Positions 1-12,596 of a DNA stretch of 34,556 bases are shown one piece after another. Positions within the stretch are counted from its first letter, which is position 1; each line of letters begins with the position of its first letter. Origin of the DNA: Tubiluchus corallicola (lineage: Eukaryota > Animalia > Priapulida); NCBI GenBank assembly GCA_030141605.1, contig JAQGDQ010001265.1, forward strand, positions 1 to 34,556, given 5' to 3'. A program made the position numbers and the translations under genes. The notes under the pieces are model-generated. The model saw only the letters and a program-made list of their open reading frames with translations. It was not told the DNA's origin and ran no database searches.

Positions 1-480
1 GGTAGATACGGTGGCTGTGACATCACAATTAGTTTGCAACTCAATACACTGAAGGCAAATTATCGACATTGGTTATTGTTAAACATGGTTTACGATTGAT
101 GATGTACGACTCTTAACTAATGTTAAAGAAGCCACTTTAGTGACGTTTAAATACTCATAGTATGTACCGGCCCATACAAAAATGTGGGCTAATTTAAAAT
201 AAGTTTGTAAAAATGTCACAAAAATTGTGGACCCTTTTCACATTTTAGCCCTCATCTGAATATTCTTTCATACCAAATTTCTTCTTATTATACCTTAATG
301 CTTATCTAATTCACAGCTAAAGGTCACGAATCGTCAGTATTCATACTTTTTTGACTTATTAAGTAACGAATTTTAGGAGAATAAATATTGATAAGATAAA
401 TAAAAATAATTTGGAGAGGAACTAATATCAAATAACTGAAAGAGCCAGCCTCTAGGAGTCAAAATGATATTTATTAAGTG

Positions 481-671
481 CAGATGATCGTTTCTACAGA
501 TGTGTCATTATCAATGTTAGAAGTCAAGCTAAAAAGAATAATTAGCACATCTATGATGCCAATATTGTCATATTTTGTGCCGTGGTATTAATGTATCATA
601 AATGTACTAATTATTTTTTTTGGCTTGATTTCTAGCATTGAAAAAGACACGTATGTTGAAACGATCGTCTG
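481..671. mobile_element. Foldback/MITE-like imperfect inverted repeat (arms about 75 bp)
   Basis: cagatgatcgtttctacagatgtgtc...ctatgat aligns with the reverse complement of atcataaatgtact...aaacgatcgtctg; no clear TSD. Confidence 0.55.
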
Positions 672-834
672 AGTCTGATAAACATGTTGAACTAATATCA
701 GTTCTTACTAAGTGAAAGGCCCGTATAGAATCAAGGATAATCACATTAGTCACAGTAGTAAATTAATTCTGAAGTTCAAAATTCTGTCCAACTAGTTCAC
801 TAATTTTATAGCTGATTTTCACTGTCTTTTATAG

Positions 835-890
835 ACGACATTTTGGATCCAACAGATGTTATGGTCTATGATGAAAAGTTGGAGTCTAAC
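835..890 (+). CDS. Gene A linker exon (xDILDPTDVMVYDEKLESN)
   Basis: cttttatag acceptor, gtaagt donor; homologous to 16807-16868 (DP..D...VYDEK...N), same phases 1/0. Confidence 0.75.
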
Positions 891-1253
891 GTAAGTGGCT
901 GGGACGTACACGAGTTCTTGATCATAATTATGATATACTCTTTGCAAAGAACTACTTTAAACGTCAACTTGAACCAAGAGTCTGTTGTAGGTAGAGCTTT
1001 GCTAATAGCAAAGTGTACCTAGCTATAATTGCTACTTTACCCTATTGAACATCATCATGGGGCTAACAGCTCTTATGGGGACAAAACTTTGATAGAAGTG
1101 AAATTCTCGCAACTGAAATAGAAGTTTATATAAGAGTTAGCCAGTTACTGTATATACTATACCTTTGCAACAGATTTGTTTCTGAGGAAACTGATTTTCA
1201 ATAATGCAACCAAAAACAATCGCTGTTGTTAATAACAATCTTGTATCGCTTTA

Positions 1254-1295
1254 TTACTGACATTTCGACACTGTCTTGTATCATCGTCAGAGCAC
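1254..1295 (-). ncRNA. Minimal type I hammerhead ribozyme-like motif
   Basis: Minus strand: GUGCU CUGACGA U GAUAC aagaca GUGUC GAAA UG UC AGUA; core boxes, stem II and a 4-bp stem I are visible. Confidence 0.45.
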
Positions 1296-1309
1296 TAGCT
1301 TGTGAAAGT

Positions 1310-1720
1310 TAGAGGTGACCATTCTCTATCAAAAAACTAATTCAAATCGAATCGAATTTTTGACTTTAGAACTCGAATCAAACCGAATTTCAACACTTCG
1401 AATGCCAATCGAATTCAAAATCAGTTTTAAAGATTTTGAGTAGATTTTTGAATCACTAATAAAAAGCCGTCTGGCAAAGATGATGCGTATTGCTTGACTT
1501 TGTTCAAAAAAATTAATAATTTGTTTAAAGATTGTGTACAGAAATCTCCAAATTGTGCTGATTGCACGCCGTTTCAAATGTTTTAGTGATAACGAACACA
1601 TATAGTTCATGTGGTGAATTATTCAAATCCGCAATTTTAGGTTCGATTCGAATTCGAATTAGAAAAACTATTTCGAATTGAAGTCGAACTTTCGAATACG
1701 AACGTTCTCTGTTCAACCTA
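1310..1720. mobile_element. Non-autonomous hAT-type MITE, TCGAA-rich
   Basis: Perfect 8-bp TSD GTGAAAGT (1302-1309, 1721-1728); imperfect TIR TAGAGGTGACC / GTTCAACCTA; many subterminal TCGAA motifs. Confidence 0.8.
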
Positions 1721-1901
1721 GTGAAAGTGCTCTGACAATGAAGCAAGTTTGCATCGAAACATAAGCTGTAAAGAGGAGCCACATTGTTATCAACAATACC
1801 CGTCGTTTTCAACAATACAAGTATAAACCTACTGTGCATAAACTGTTCATTATTATTTATTTGTCACTGTTGCTGACTGTTTATACTTTCCATACTTACA
1901 G

Positions 1902-2023
1902 AGGTCTATGTATCCACCTTTGAATGACGTAGACGTCCCTTTTGTAAAAGAAATCTATGGCGCAAGAAATGGCACAACGTTTTACATAGAGGGCAGAGTG
2001 CCTGACATTCTTGAGCATAATGG
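1902..2023 (+). CDS. Gene A galectin-domain exon 1 (RSMYPPLNDVDVPFVKEIYGARNGTTFYIEGRVPDILEHNG)
   Basis: cttacag acceptor, gtaggc donor; VPF..EI.G...G..F.I.G.VP matches the N-terminal strands of the galectin fold. Confidence 0.85.
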
Positions 2024-2264
2024 GTAGGCATTTGTATTTACCAAAATAACTTCCAAGTGTGACCAGTCACTTGCCGTTGTTTAAATCATATGTTTTCCTT
2101 CTAGAAACACAATATATTATATTTAATATAGATATGACCAGGATTTGCCCATTTATCATTAACATCATTTTTATCAAACACGTGTACAGTTAAGTCACAC
2201 AAGTGGTTCAATTAAAAGAAGCATGTAGACTAGTAGTGAAAGTAACAATAAATATTAAACCCTG

Positions 2265-2265
<1 letters not shown>

Positions 2266-2335
<70 letters not shown>

Positions 2336-2349
2336 AACAACAACAACAA
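2266..2349. repeat. (CAA)n microsatellite
   Basis: Direct reading. Confidence 0.97.
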
Positions 2350-2650
2350 AAGGATGGCTATTATTTACATACAAGAAGACAAAGCAGTGAATTAAAAAAC
2401 ACTACACATTCTAACGTATCTCTCAATTGATACTTTGATAAAAAATTAAAATTCCTGTTAATTATACAACTTATACAATCTTTTGCTAAGTTAATTGTCG
2501 CTATCTGTCTGGAATTTAACTCGCACCCTTTTACAATTTTAGGAGATAATACATGAAAACTACATTTTCCAGGGTAACATTATTTTCTATTACAATTTTA
2601 TACAAATTGAAACCCATTATTGAGTGTATGTCATATAGCATATGTTTGGC

Positions 2651-3234
<584 letters not shown>

Positions 3235-3905
3235 TCAGCCAAAAAATAATTCTTGTCTATGAGTATTAATAGTCTGCCTATTTTAATACGAATGAATATT
3301 TTTCTGTTATGTAAATTATAACTTCTGTATGCCTGTCCATGAAAATTAATGCCCAATTTAATATACTTCAATATACCAATATATAGATAAACCTGATTCT
3401 CAGTTCTATTATTTACATGATAATTTATTTTTTGACTGTCAAAGAATTATGCTTGTGTTATGAAGTATATTTCTGTTGCCATTGTTTTTATGTTCCCGTT
3501 GTCAGATTTTTATTTTCAGTTCTTGTTTGATTTTTTTATTATACACTTATCACATATTTTATTAAATTGTATTAATACATTATAAGCACATCAATTTAAT
3601 GTCATTTGTAACTACTAAAATCTTTATTATAAGCAGTACTGACACTAACACACTGTAGCATAGTGCCTATAAAAATGTTCATCACTAACCAAAGGGCAGC
3701 TGACTAGATGACCAATTGACCTTTCGCTGCCCTTTCTTCACATTTTTGTTTCCAAATTAATTGTATTATTACTGTGCGTGTGTTGCAAGGTAAATAAAAA
3801 AGATTATTAGATTTTTTCTGTCATGTTTATAAAAATTTTCAAGTTTTGATCAACAGCGTTTGTTTTGTCAATTAGCTTGTACAAATTCATCTATAAATGT
3901 TTCAG

Positions 3906-4100
3906 ATTTCACATTAACTTTAAAAACAAAGGGTCGGGTGTCGACGACATTGTATTTCACTTCCAAACTCGTTTTGCGGCGAGACATACGGTAGTTAGCT
4001 CCCGAATTGACTCAGAATGGATTCCTACCGTCAAATCCACGTTGTTTCCATTTGAAACAGGAACGGAATTTGTCATGGAAGTCGACATGCTTGAGGACAA
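3906..4100 (+). CDS. Gene A galectin-domain middle (W) exon (FHINFKNKGSGVDDIVFHFQTRFAARHTVVSSRIDSEWIPTVKSTLFPFETGTEFVMEVDMLEDK)
   Basis: tttcag acceptor, gtaaga donor; F.INF...DI.FHF..RF...VV.S....W......FPF..G..F galectin signature. Confidence 0.88.
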
Positions 4101-5227
4101 GTAAGACAGGCAGCTTGTTTAATAGTTAGAATTTCGTTTAGAAGCTTGTTAATGTTGAACCATTGAGACTGAATCGTTAAATCATTTGTAGCGTCGTGTT
4201 ATGCTGTGTCCCGTGGTTGCAAATGCAGTGAAATATCCTCTTTTATCTATGGCTCAGTCTCTACTGCTCAGAGTTTCAGTGTTTGCACCCGAATAAGACA
4301 TAGCAACTGTAGAATTTAGAACCTGATCTTTCTTAGTCTTGCCTTTGTAATGTGGAGCATCAGAGTGAAACAATAGTTTGTTTACAGTAAATAAAAAAGT
4401 CAGTTTCATAAATGCTCAATTTAATGCAAAGTAAGCATTCTTGCTTCCAGTGAGTGGTAATAATTACTATGAGTCAAAGTTATTTATAGCACCAAGGCAC
4501 CACTAAGTATCATTACTTATTTAGCGGTTGCCATCATTATGATTTTGCAACAAGCATCAGGTCAAAGTGTTTATGTGAAAGGAAAGAACAAGTTAGTCAC
4601 TAGGTTGGTTTATTTTACTGTTATATCACTTAAAACTTAAAAAAATATAACAAAGAAATTTGTAAACAACTGCCTATAAAGCATAAATTTAAAACATATT
4701 ACCTCTGAACATAAATTTTCGTACATGGTGGTTGCCGCCATTCACTTGAAAATCATGGCATAACTGGGAGACTTCCTGACTTTTCATAAGCGCTTAGTGG
4801 CTTTCCTTAAGTGTGCGCTGCTTAAACTAATTTAAACTTCTACAGTTTTCATAGAGTTCACGCAAAAATATTTTAAAATAAGTAACCATTTTTTTGTAAA
4901 AATTTATTATACTTTTGACGATGATTGACAATGCGCTACTTTTCTTCAAGACGAAAGAAGAAGAAGAAGAATGGGTGTTCAAAATAGGAGCGCCCATACA
5001 TGAAATGACTTTTAAGTGATTTTACTAGTTACACGAGGCACTTATTGCAGTTTTATCATGAAATTCTTCTAACATTTTTCGCGAACATTGAAATAAGCCT
5101 TACCTCCTAGAAGACTTGGCCTTTCGTTTAACTGTACCTTCAGCATCGCCATTTATTCATGTTGTCAATGATGTCAAAGACATTTGCGGTGCTTTAGCTA
5201 TACTTAAACTTTTTCTGCCTGTTTCAG

Positions 5228-5363
5228 GTTTTCTGTCACAATTGATGGAAGTCACTTAATCAATTTCTTTTACCTAATCACTCCTATTTGTCTCATAAAT
5301 GAGATAGAGGTACTCAACGATATGGAAGTCTACAAGTACACCGAATATGGTCCACCTGTGTAA
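5228..5363 (+). CDS. Gene A terminal exon (FSVTIDGSHLINFFYLITPICLINEIEVLNDMEVYKYTEYGPPV*)
   Basis: gtttcag acceptor in correct phase; F.V..DG.H...F....P...I..I.V..D galectin C-terminal pattern; TAA 5361-5363. Confidence 0.85.
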
Positions 5364-5443
5364 GAGAGGAAGACATTCAGAAGTACATCCAATATGTCCA
5401 CCTATGTAAGAGAAAAAAAAGACATTCAAAGTACATCCAATAC
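5334..5443 (+). repeat. 46-48 bp minisatellite, array 1 (overlaps gene A stop codon)
   Basis: Unit aagtacatccaatatg(g)tccacctgtgtaagagaaaa(t)gacattcaa. Confidence 0.9.
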
Positions 5444-7258
5444 GTTTAATACTTGAAAAACAGTGTTTTTAGCCTTTAATTTTGATATAGTTTACGAGAT
5501 ATTAATCAACAGCAAATATTCTTTTGATAATCAGGCATTATTTCAATTGGAGTAATTTCAAGTTATCCTACTTACTGCAATGTTCTTGTTCATGCCTGCA
5601 TAGTCGAATTTGTTCCTATTTTACAAATACAGCTTGGTCCTATTTTGTTCATAAAAATCACTTGCGAGCCCCCATTTAATAACATTAAATGTAAAAACTT
5701 CAAAATACTCTTTGCTGTCAAATGATAAGCATCATTTTGTAAAACTTCCGCTGGTGAGCCTATTTCTTTTCTGGTGAAAAAATTAAAACTGTTTTCTAGA
5801 TTGTTTGATGTGCACGTGATGTGTGGTTTGGAAATTATTTGTTGATCTGTGATTTAGGTTTCCATTTGATTGTATTATAATTAAATATTCTTAAATGTTT
5901 TTTTGGCATATATATTAATTAACCGATAAATAACTTATATATATTTGCTTATATAATAACTTATATATTTGCTTAACACCATACATTTATTATAATTAAG
6001 CTTTTTAGGTATTTTTTCAAAGTTTTTTGTCCTATAGAAATTATTATAATATTTATACCAATGGCATCCTGGTAGGCCTTCACACCTGAGCTACACATAT
6101 TTTGCCCAAGCTTATTAGCTGACCAAATGTTGGCATGGAAGGGTTGTAGCTGAGAGTCTAGTGTTACATTACAACGTGTTAATACAATAACGTATGTCCA
6201 CCTGTGTGAGAGAGAAAGACATTCACAAATACGCTCAATATGTCCAAATGTGTAAGAGGGAAAGACATTCACAAATACTCTCAATATGTCCACCTGTGTA
6301 AGAGAGAAAGACATTCACAAATACGCTCAATATGTCCAAATGTGTAAGAGGGAAAGACATTCACAAATACTCTCAATATGTCCACCTGTGTAAGAGAGAA
6401 AGACATTCAGAAGTACATCCAATATGTCCACCTATGTAAGAGAAAAAAAAGACATTCAAAGTACAGCCAATACGTTTAATACTTGAAAAACAGTGTTTTT
6501 AGCCTTGAATTTTGATATAGTTTACGAGATATTAATCAACAGCAAATATTCTTTTGATAATCAGGCATTATTTCAGTTGGAGTAATTTCAAGTTATCCTG
6601 CTTACTGCAATGTTTTTGTTCATGTCTGCATAGTCGAATTTGTTCCTATTTTACAAATACAGCTTGGTCCTATTGTTCATAAAAATCACTTGCGAGCCCC
6701 CATTTAATAACATTAAATGTAAAAACTTCAAAATACTCTTTGCTGTCAAATGATAAGCATCATTTTGTAAAACTTCCGCTGGTGAGCCTATTTCTTTTCT
6801 GGTGAAAAAATTAAAACTGTTTTCTAGATTGTTTGATGTGCACGTGATGTGTGGTTTGGAAATTATTTGTTGATCTGTGATTTAGGTTTCCATTTGATTG
6901 TATTATAATTAAATATTCTTAAATGTTTTTTTGGCATATATATTAATTAACCGATAAATAACTTATATATATTTGCTTATATAATAACTTATATATTTGC
7001 TTAACACCATACATTTATTATAATTAAGCTTTTTAGGTATTTTTTCAAAGTTTTTTGTCCTATAGAAATTATTATAATATTTATACCAATGGCATCCTGG
7101 TAGGCCTTCACACCAGAGCATCACATATTTTGCCCAAGCTTATTAGCTGACCAAGTGTTGGCATGGAAGGGTTCTAGCTGAGAGTCTAGTGTTACCTTAC
7201 AACGTGTTAATACAATAACGTATGTCCACCTGTGTGAGAGAGAAAGACATTCAGAAGT
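5371..7258 (+). repeat. About 1.03 kb tandem duplication (5371-6230 vs 6401-7258)
   Basis: Near-identical sequence at offset 1028-1030. Confidence 0.92.
6192..6473 (+). repeat. 46-bp minisatellite, array 2 (about 6 units)
   Basis: Direct reading. Confidence 0.92.
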
Positions 7259-8194
7259 ACACTCAATATGTCCACTTGTGTAAGACAGAAAGACATTCAC
7301 AAATACACTCAATATGTCCACCTGTGTAAGACAGAAAGACATTCACAAATACACTCAATATGTCCACCTGTGTGAGAGAGAAAGACATTCACAAATACTC
7401 TCAATATGGCCACATGTGTAAGAAAGAAAGACATTCACAAATACACTCAATATGTCCACCTGTGTGAGAGAGAAAGACATTCACAAATACTCTCAATATG
7501 GCTACATGTGTAAGACAGAAAGACATTCACAAATACACTCAATATGTCCACCTGTGTGAGAGAGAAAGACATTCACAAATACTCTCAATACGGCCACATG
7601 TGTAAGAGAGAAAGACATTCACAAATACACTCAATATGTCCACCTGTGTAAGACAGAAAGACATTCACAAATACGCTAAATATGTCCACCTGTGTAAGAC
7701 AGAAAGACATTCACAAATACACTCAATATGTCCACCTGTGTAAGAGAAAATGACATTCAAAAGTACAGCAAATATGGTCCACCTGTGTAAGAGAGAAAGA
7801 TATTCACAAATACATTCAATATGTCAACCTGTGTAAGAGAAAATGACATTCAAAAATACATTCAATATGTCTACCTGTGTGAGAGAGAAAGACATTCAGA
7901 AGTACATTCAATATGTCACCTGTGTGAGAGAGAAAGACATTCACAAATACATTCAATATGTCCACCTGTGTAAGAGAGAAAGACATTCACAAATACATTC
8001 AATATGTCAACCTGTGTAAGAGAAAATGACATTCAAAAATACATTCAATATGGGTCCACCGGTGTAAGAGAAAATGACATTCAAAAGTACATTCAATATT
8101 GTCCACCTGTGTAAGAGAAAATCACATTCAAAAGTACAGCAAATATGGTCCACCTGTGTAAAGAAAATAACGTATCCACAAGTGCATCCAATAT
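7221..8194 (+). repeat. 46-48 bp minisatellite, array 3 (about 21 units)
   Basis: Direct reading. Confidence 0.95.
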
Positions 8195-10164
8195 GTTTAA
8201 TGCTTGGAAAATAGAGTTTTTAGTTTTTAATTTCGGTTTAGTTAATCAAAGCAAATATTCTTTTGTGATTCGGGCATAATTTCAGCTGGAATAATTTCAA
8301 GTTATCCTGTTTACAGGCAACGTTATTGCGCATGTCTGTATAGTCGAATTTGTTCCTATTTTGCAAACACGGCTTGTCCTATTGTTCATATGTACCTTGT
8401 AAAACTTCCACTGGTGAGCCCATTTCTTTTCTCGTGAAAAAAATTAACACTGTTTTCCTTATTGTCTTTTAAAAATTATTTGTTGCTGCTATGAATTAGG
8501 TTTTCATTTTATTGCATTATAAGTAAATAATCTTTAATGTTTTTGGCATATATATTACTTAAACATAAACAAATTATATTTGCGTAAAACCGTACATTCT
8601 TAAGGTTTTTTGGTCATTTTTTCAAGTTTTTTGCTCTGCAGAAGTTGTTATACCAATATCATTCTGGTGTAAATTTAGTCTTTGTTATTATGTATTTTAC
8701 TTCTCATATTATGCCTATGTAATGTGTTAAGTATTATGTGTATATTGTGATAAATTAATGTACACTTCGTCTTACGATTGTTATGCACTTTACTTATATT
8801 GTCCCTGTATATCTGTGTATTATTGTATCTATGTATGTAAATGAGTATTTCTAGTTTTTCCTAGTTTTAGTTTTGTGCACAATAATTTATAGTTTTGCAC
8901 CAAACGTATTTGCTTTTAGCAAAGTTTTAATAATTATTAATTAGTTTTAACACTGAGGATTGCGATTTTTATTGTGATCCATTTTATGCAAATAATATAT
9001 ATATATTATAATAATTATATATTATATTATCATTATTATATTAATATATTATTATTATTATTATTATATTATTATTATATATTATTATATTATTATTATT
9101 ATATTATTATTATTATATATTATTATTTTATTATTATTATTATTATTATATATAGACTTTCGCACCTGAACATCACATATTTTGCCTAAGCTTGTCACAT
9201 GACTAAATGTTGCAAAGTCGAGTTTGTTCCTATTTTACAAACACAGCTTGGTCCTATTGTTCACAAAAATCACTTGCGAGCCCCCATTCAATAACATTAA
9301 AATGTAAAAACTTCAAAATACTCTTTGTTGTCAAATCAGCCTCTTGAAATTTTTACGATGATAAGCATCACTTTGTAAAACTTACACTGGTGAGCCTATT
9401 TCTTTTTTCGTGAAAAAATTAAAACTGTTTTCTAGATTGTTTGATGTGCATGTGATTTGTGGTTTGGAAATTATTCATTGATCTGTGATTCAGATTTTCA
9501 TTTTATTGTATTATAATTAAATATTCTTAAATGTTTTCTGGCATATATATTAATTAAACAAAAATAAATTATATTTGCTTAAATCCACTACATTCATTAA
9601 GCTTTTTGTGTCATTTTTTCAAGTTTTTTGTCCTGTGGAAATTATTAAAATATTTATACCAATGGCATCCTGGTAGGTCTTCGTACCTGAACATCACATA
9701 TTTTGCCCAAGCTCATTAGCTGACCAAATGTTGGTATGGAAGGGTTCTAACTGAGAGTTTAGTGTTACATTACAATGGGCTAATACAATAATGTATGTCT
9801 GTATAACATTAGATAGCAATACTTGGGCTGGTATCTGTATATAAACAAGTTAATTTCTCAGGATTTACAGTGTAATTATTAAACTTTGTTGTAATATACA
9901 AAAATAGTAAGTGCACTTTTTAATTAGCATGAAATCAGATGCAAATAACATGTTGTCATTATGTCTGACACAATTTACTAAGGAAAAATCACCTTTACAT
10001 AAGCACTGAGTGAAACCTGCTAACATGATAGCAATTAGTGTTGCTATACTTAATTGAGAATGAAAGGAGATGCTATTCAGCTCATAATGCAAAAATTACT
10101 TTACAAAAGTGAAGTTAGTTCCCATTCATTAACTGAGGATGTCAAATTTTTGCTCATTGTTACT
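8195..10164 (+). repeat. 3' flank block of gene A, near-identical to 26050-27991 (includes TAT-rich microsatellite about 8990-9152)
   Basis: Colinear match ending sharply at ...tttttgctcattgttact (10164 / 27991). Confidence 0.9.
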
Positions 10165-10340
10165 CAAGCAATTTAGGAATCCTTCTCATAGTTTGTGATT
10201 TTGTTAGGAAGTGTTTCGGCATCAGGATGTAACAATACTTAATTAATAAATGATAACTATAAAATATGTAACAAGGAGTATGAGCTAATATCATACTTGT
10301 TTACAAATGAATGATTAAGGTGTATAATAAATCACCTTTG

Positions 10341-10540
10341 CCTGTTGCTTAACAACATTCATTCTTTCAGCCTCACCAAAACATGGTGTCTAACATTAGC
10401 TGTTGAAATGTATCAATAACTGTCACCTGTTGCTTAACAACATTCATTCTTTCAGCCTCACCAAAACCTGGTGTCTAACACAAGCTGTTGCCATGTACCT
10501 ATAACTGTCACCTGTTGCTTAACAACATTCATTCTTTCAG
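10341..10540 (+). repeat. 85-bp tandem repeat, about 2.3 units
   Basis: cctgttgcttaacaacattcattctttcag at 10341, 10426 and 10511. Confidence 0.9.
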
Positions 10541-11810
10541 ATGTCCAATAACATTCTTTCATTGCCTAACAGCATTCATTTGTCAATGTGAATTGGTACA
10601 AACTTTCTAATGGATTCCTTCAATCATTATCATTCATTGTCTGCATAGTTCTTATTCAATACATATGCGCGTTAAGCATAATGTAACATCTATATATTAT
10701 TTATCTTTTGACTGCAGCTTTATGGTATGGATACGGGCTTTCGAAAAACGGTAGACCCAACAAAAGGCAGTCAAGTTTTCTGGAGGAGTGATGTAAGCTC
10801 CACCAGTGAGGTCCGTGACGGAGCCCAGAGCACCAATACATTTTACTGCATTTTAGACCACTTTTGTGACTGCTAGAAGCTATTTCCCCATGGATGTTAA
10901 TTAGTTTGAAACAAATATCACTTCAAATTTTTGACTCATCAACAGGTGACAGGTAATAAAGTCACAGAAAGGGGATGTAGCGTATGCACGTAATGCAATA
11001 ATGAATTTATGGTTTGACTTGTCATTACGACACTCAATAAACGTGACGTCATACACCCGCCATTCCTGTGTTCATGTACAAGAATATTTTATACATTCTC
11101 ACGCCCGATGTCGCCACATCTGTATTATGACAACATAGAATAGCGGGACAAAGTAGAATAGATAAAGTCAGAACTGACAGGAATATATAGGACCTACTTT
11201 ACATTATTACCTTATGGTAAAGTTAGTTGTAAACTATTGGTTGCATATACTTGAAATACACACCAGTAGTTTAATTTACAACGCTTAGACTGTAAACAAA
11301 AGGATAATGAAAAAGTGTAAAACTGGTTCTTGTTTATTAGGAAGATTTTGTATAAACTCGGGTTTGAACTCATTTGGATAAATTCTTAACTTTTTAAAAC
11401 TGTATATTGTTTGTAAGAATAACCGCTTATGCATAATAATCTAATTTCAAACGAATGCTTAACCATGTGCACTAGACTCAGAATTATAAGGGTATGTTCA
11501 ACTCAGAATTGGCGGCCATTTTGAATTTAAAGATACATAAGTTTCTTCCCCATAAGTGTATTTATGGATAATTTTAATAAGTTGTTCTGGACGACTTTCT
11601 GTGTGTTTGCGTAAAAGTTTAGTCAAGGACTATAGTGAACACAGTATGAGATCAAATTCCTGTACAAGTCTATAAAACTTGTTGCAGAACTCGCGAAAAT
11701 TTCTGCACTCATGCACTTACTAAATATAATTCATACATCCCTTCTTGTTAATAGATCATTGTTTTAGTGACAGCGCTGTTTTGAATGAGCAATTCCAGTT
11801 GAGTCACCAG

Positions 11811-12322
11811 CAGTGGCGGCTCGCGTATAGGTACTGTGGAACTGCAGCACCCCCTATTTTCACTCAATCTTATCAATAATATTCAATACAATAAGTCTTT
11901 TTTCGTTAGTTCTTTCTTTATACTTGTGCGGAACCAGAGCACGTGAGGGTAGTACTGTTTGCTTCACAGCCCAGCATAGTGCGCAGGCGGCCATGCGCAC
12001 ATACCGGAGATAGCACACTGTATGCTGCACTGCTAGTGCTGCTACTAGGTAGAGAAAGCACTGTCGCTCGCACAGTTTGTCGTGAGTTGTCGCTTAAAAA
12101 TCGTGTACTGGCATATTCTTGAACTGTGGCAATTTAGGCTATTGATAAGCAAAGCCATTTTTAAGGATTTTATCAAGTTTATGTATAAAGTTTCGTATGT
12201 TTGTTTGTTTAAAATTACAACATTTAATTATAAATGTTTGTTTCATTTTACACGGTACCGAAACAATTTCTAAAAATTTTCTGAAGCTGCTACCCACTAA
12301 TTTTAACTACGAGCCGCCATTG
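11811..12322. mobile_element. Non-autonomous hAT-type MITE
   Basis: TIR CAGTGGCGGCTCG / CGAGCCGCCATTG; flanks GTCACCAG and GTCACCCAG (8-bp TSD with a one-base insertion). Confidence 0.8.
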
Positions 12323-12596
12323 GTCACCCAGCGCACATTAGCCTATTATTGGCTGTTCATTTCAAGAATGAAAATGGACACTGGCGAAAATCAAGACAAG
12401 CTTGATATGGTCAAACTTGAATGACATTCAAATTTCACTGTAATTTTCGGCCTCCTTCAAAACTGACAAACTCAAGAATGACTGTGTTTTGAATGACTGT
12501 GTGGAGAACTTATTATACTCTGTTGTCAGAATGGAGGCGCAAAAACTTTCAAGACTCTATTTTGGTGTTGCTTTATATTAATTTCTAATTAAGTAT

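Larger units (their letters stand above)
1215..1807. mobile_element. Palindromic element with two inverted hammerhead-like (Penelope-type) motifs, split by a later MITE
   Basis: Arms 1215-1296 and 1726-1807 align ungapped as inverted repeats; each has CTGAC(G/A)A-T-stem-loop-GAAA. Confidence 0.55.

Noticed and set aside
7221-8194. CRISPR-like appearance of the 46-48 bp arrays (also 75-bp and 37-bp arrays)
   Set aside because: No unique spacers, no cas genes, eukaryotic intron-exon context; plain tandem repeats.
10770-10860. gtaagctccaccagtgaggtccgtgacggagccc motif resembling internal parts of common invertebrate MITEs
   Set aside because: No termini or TSD found; cannot support a feature call.
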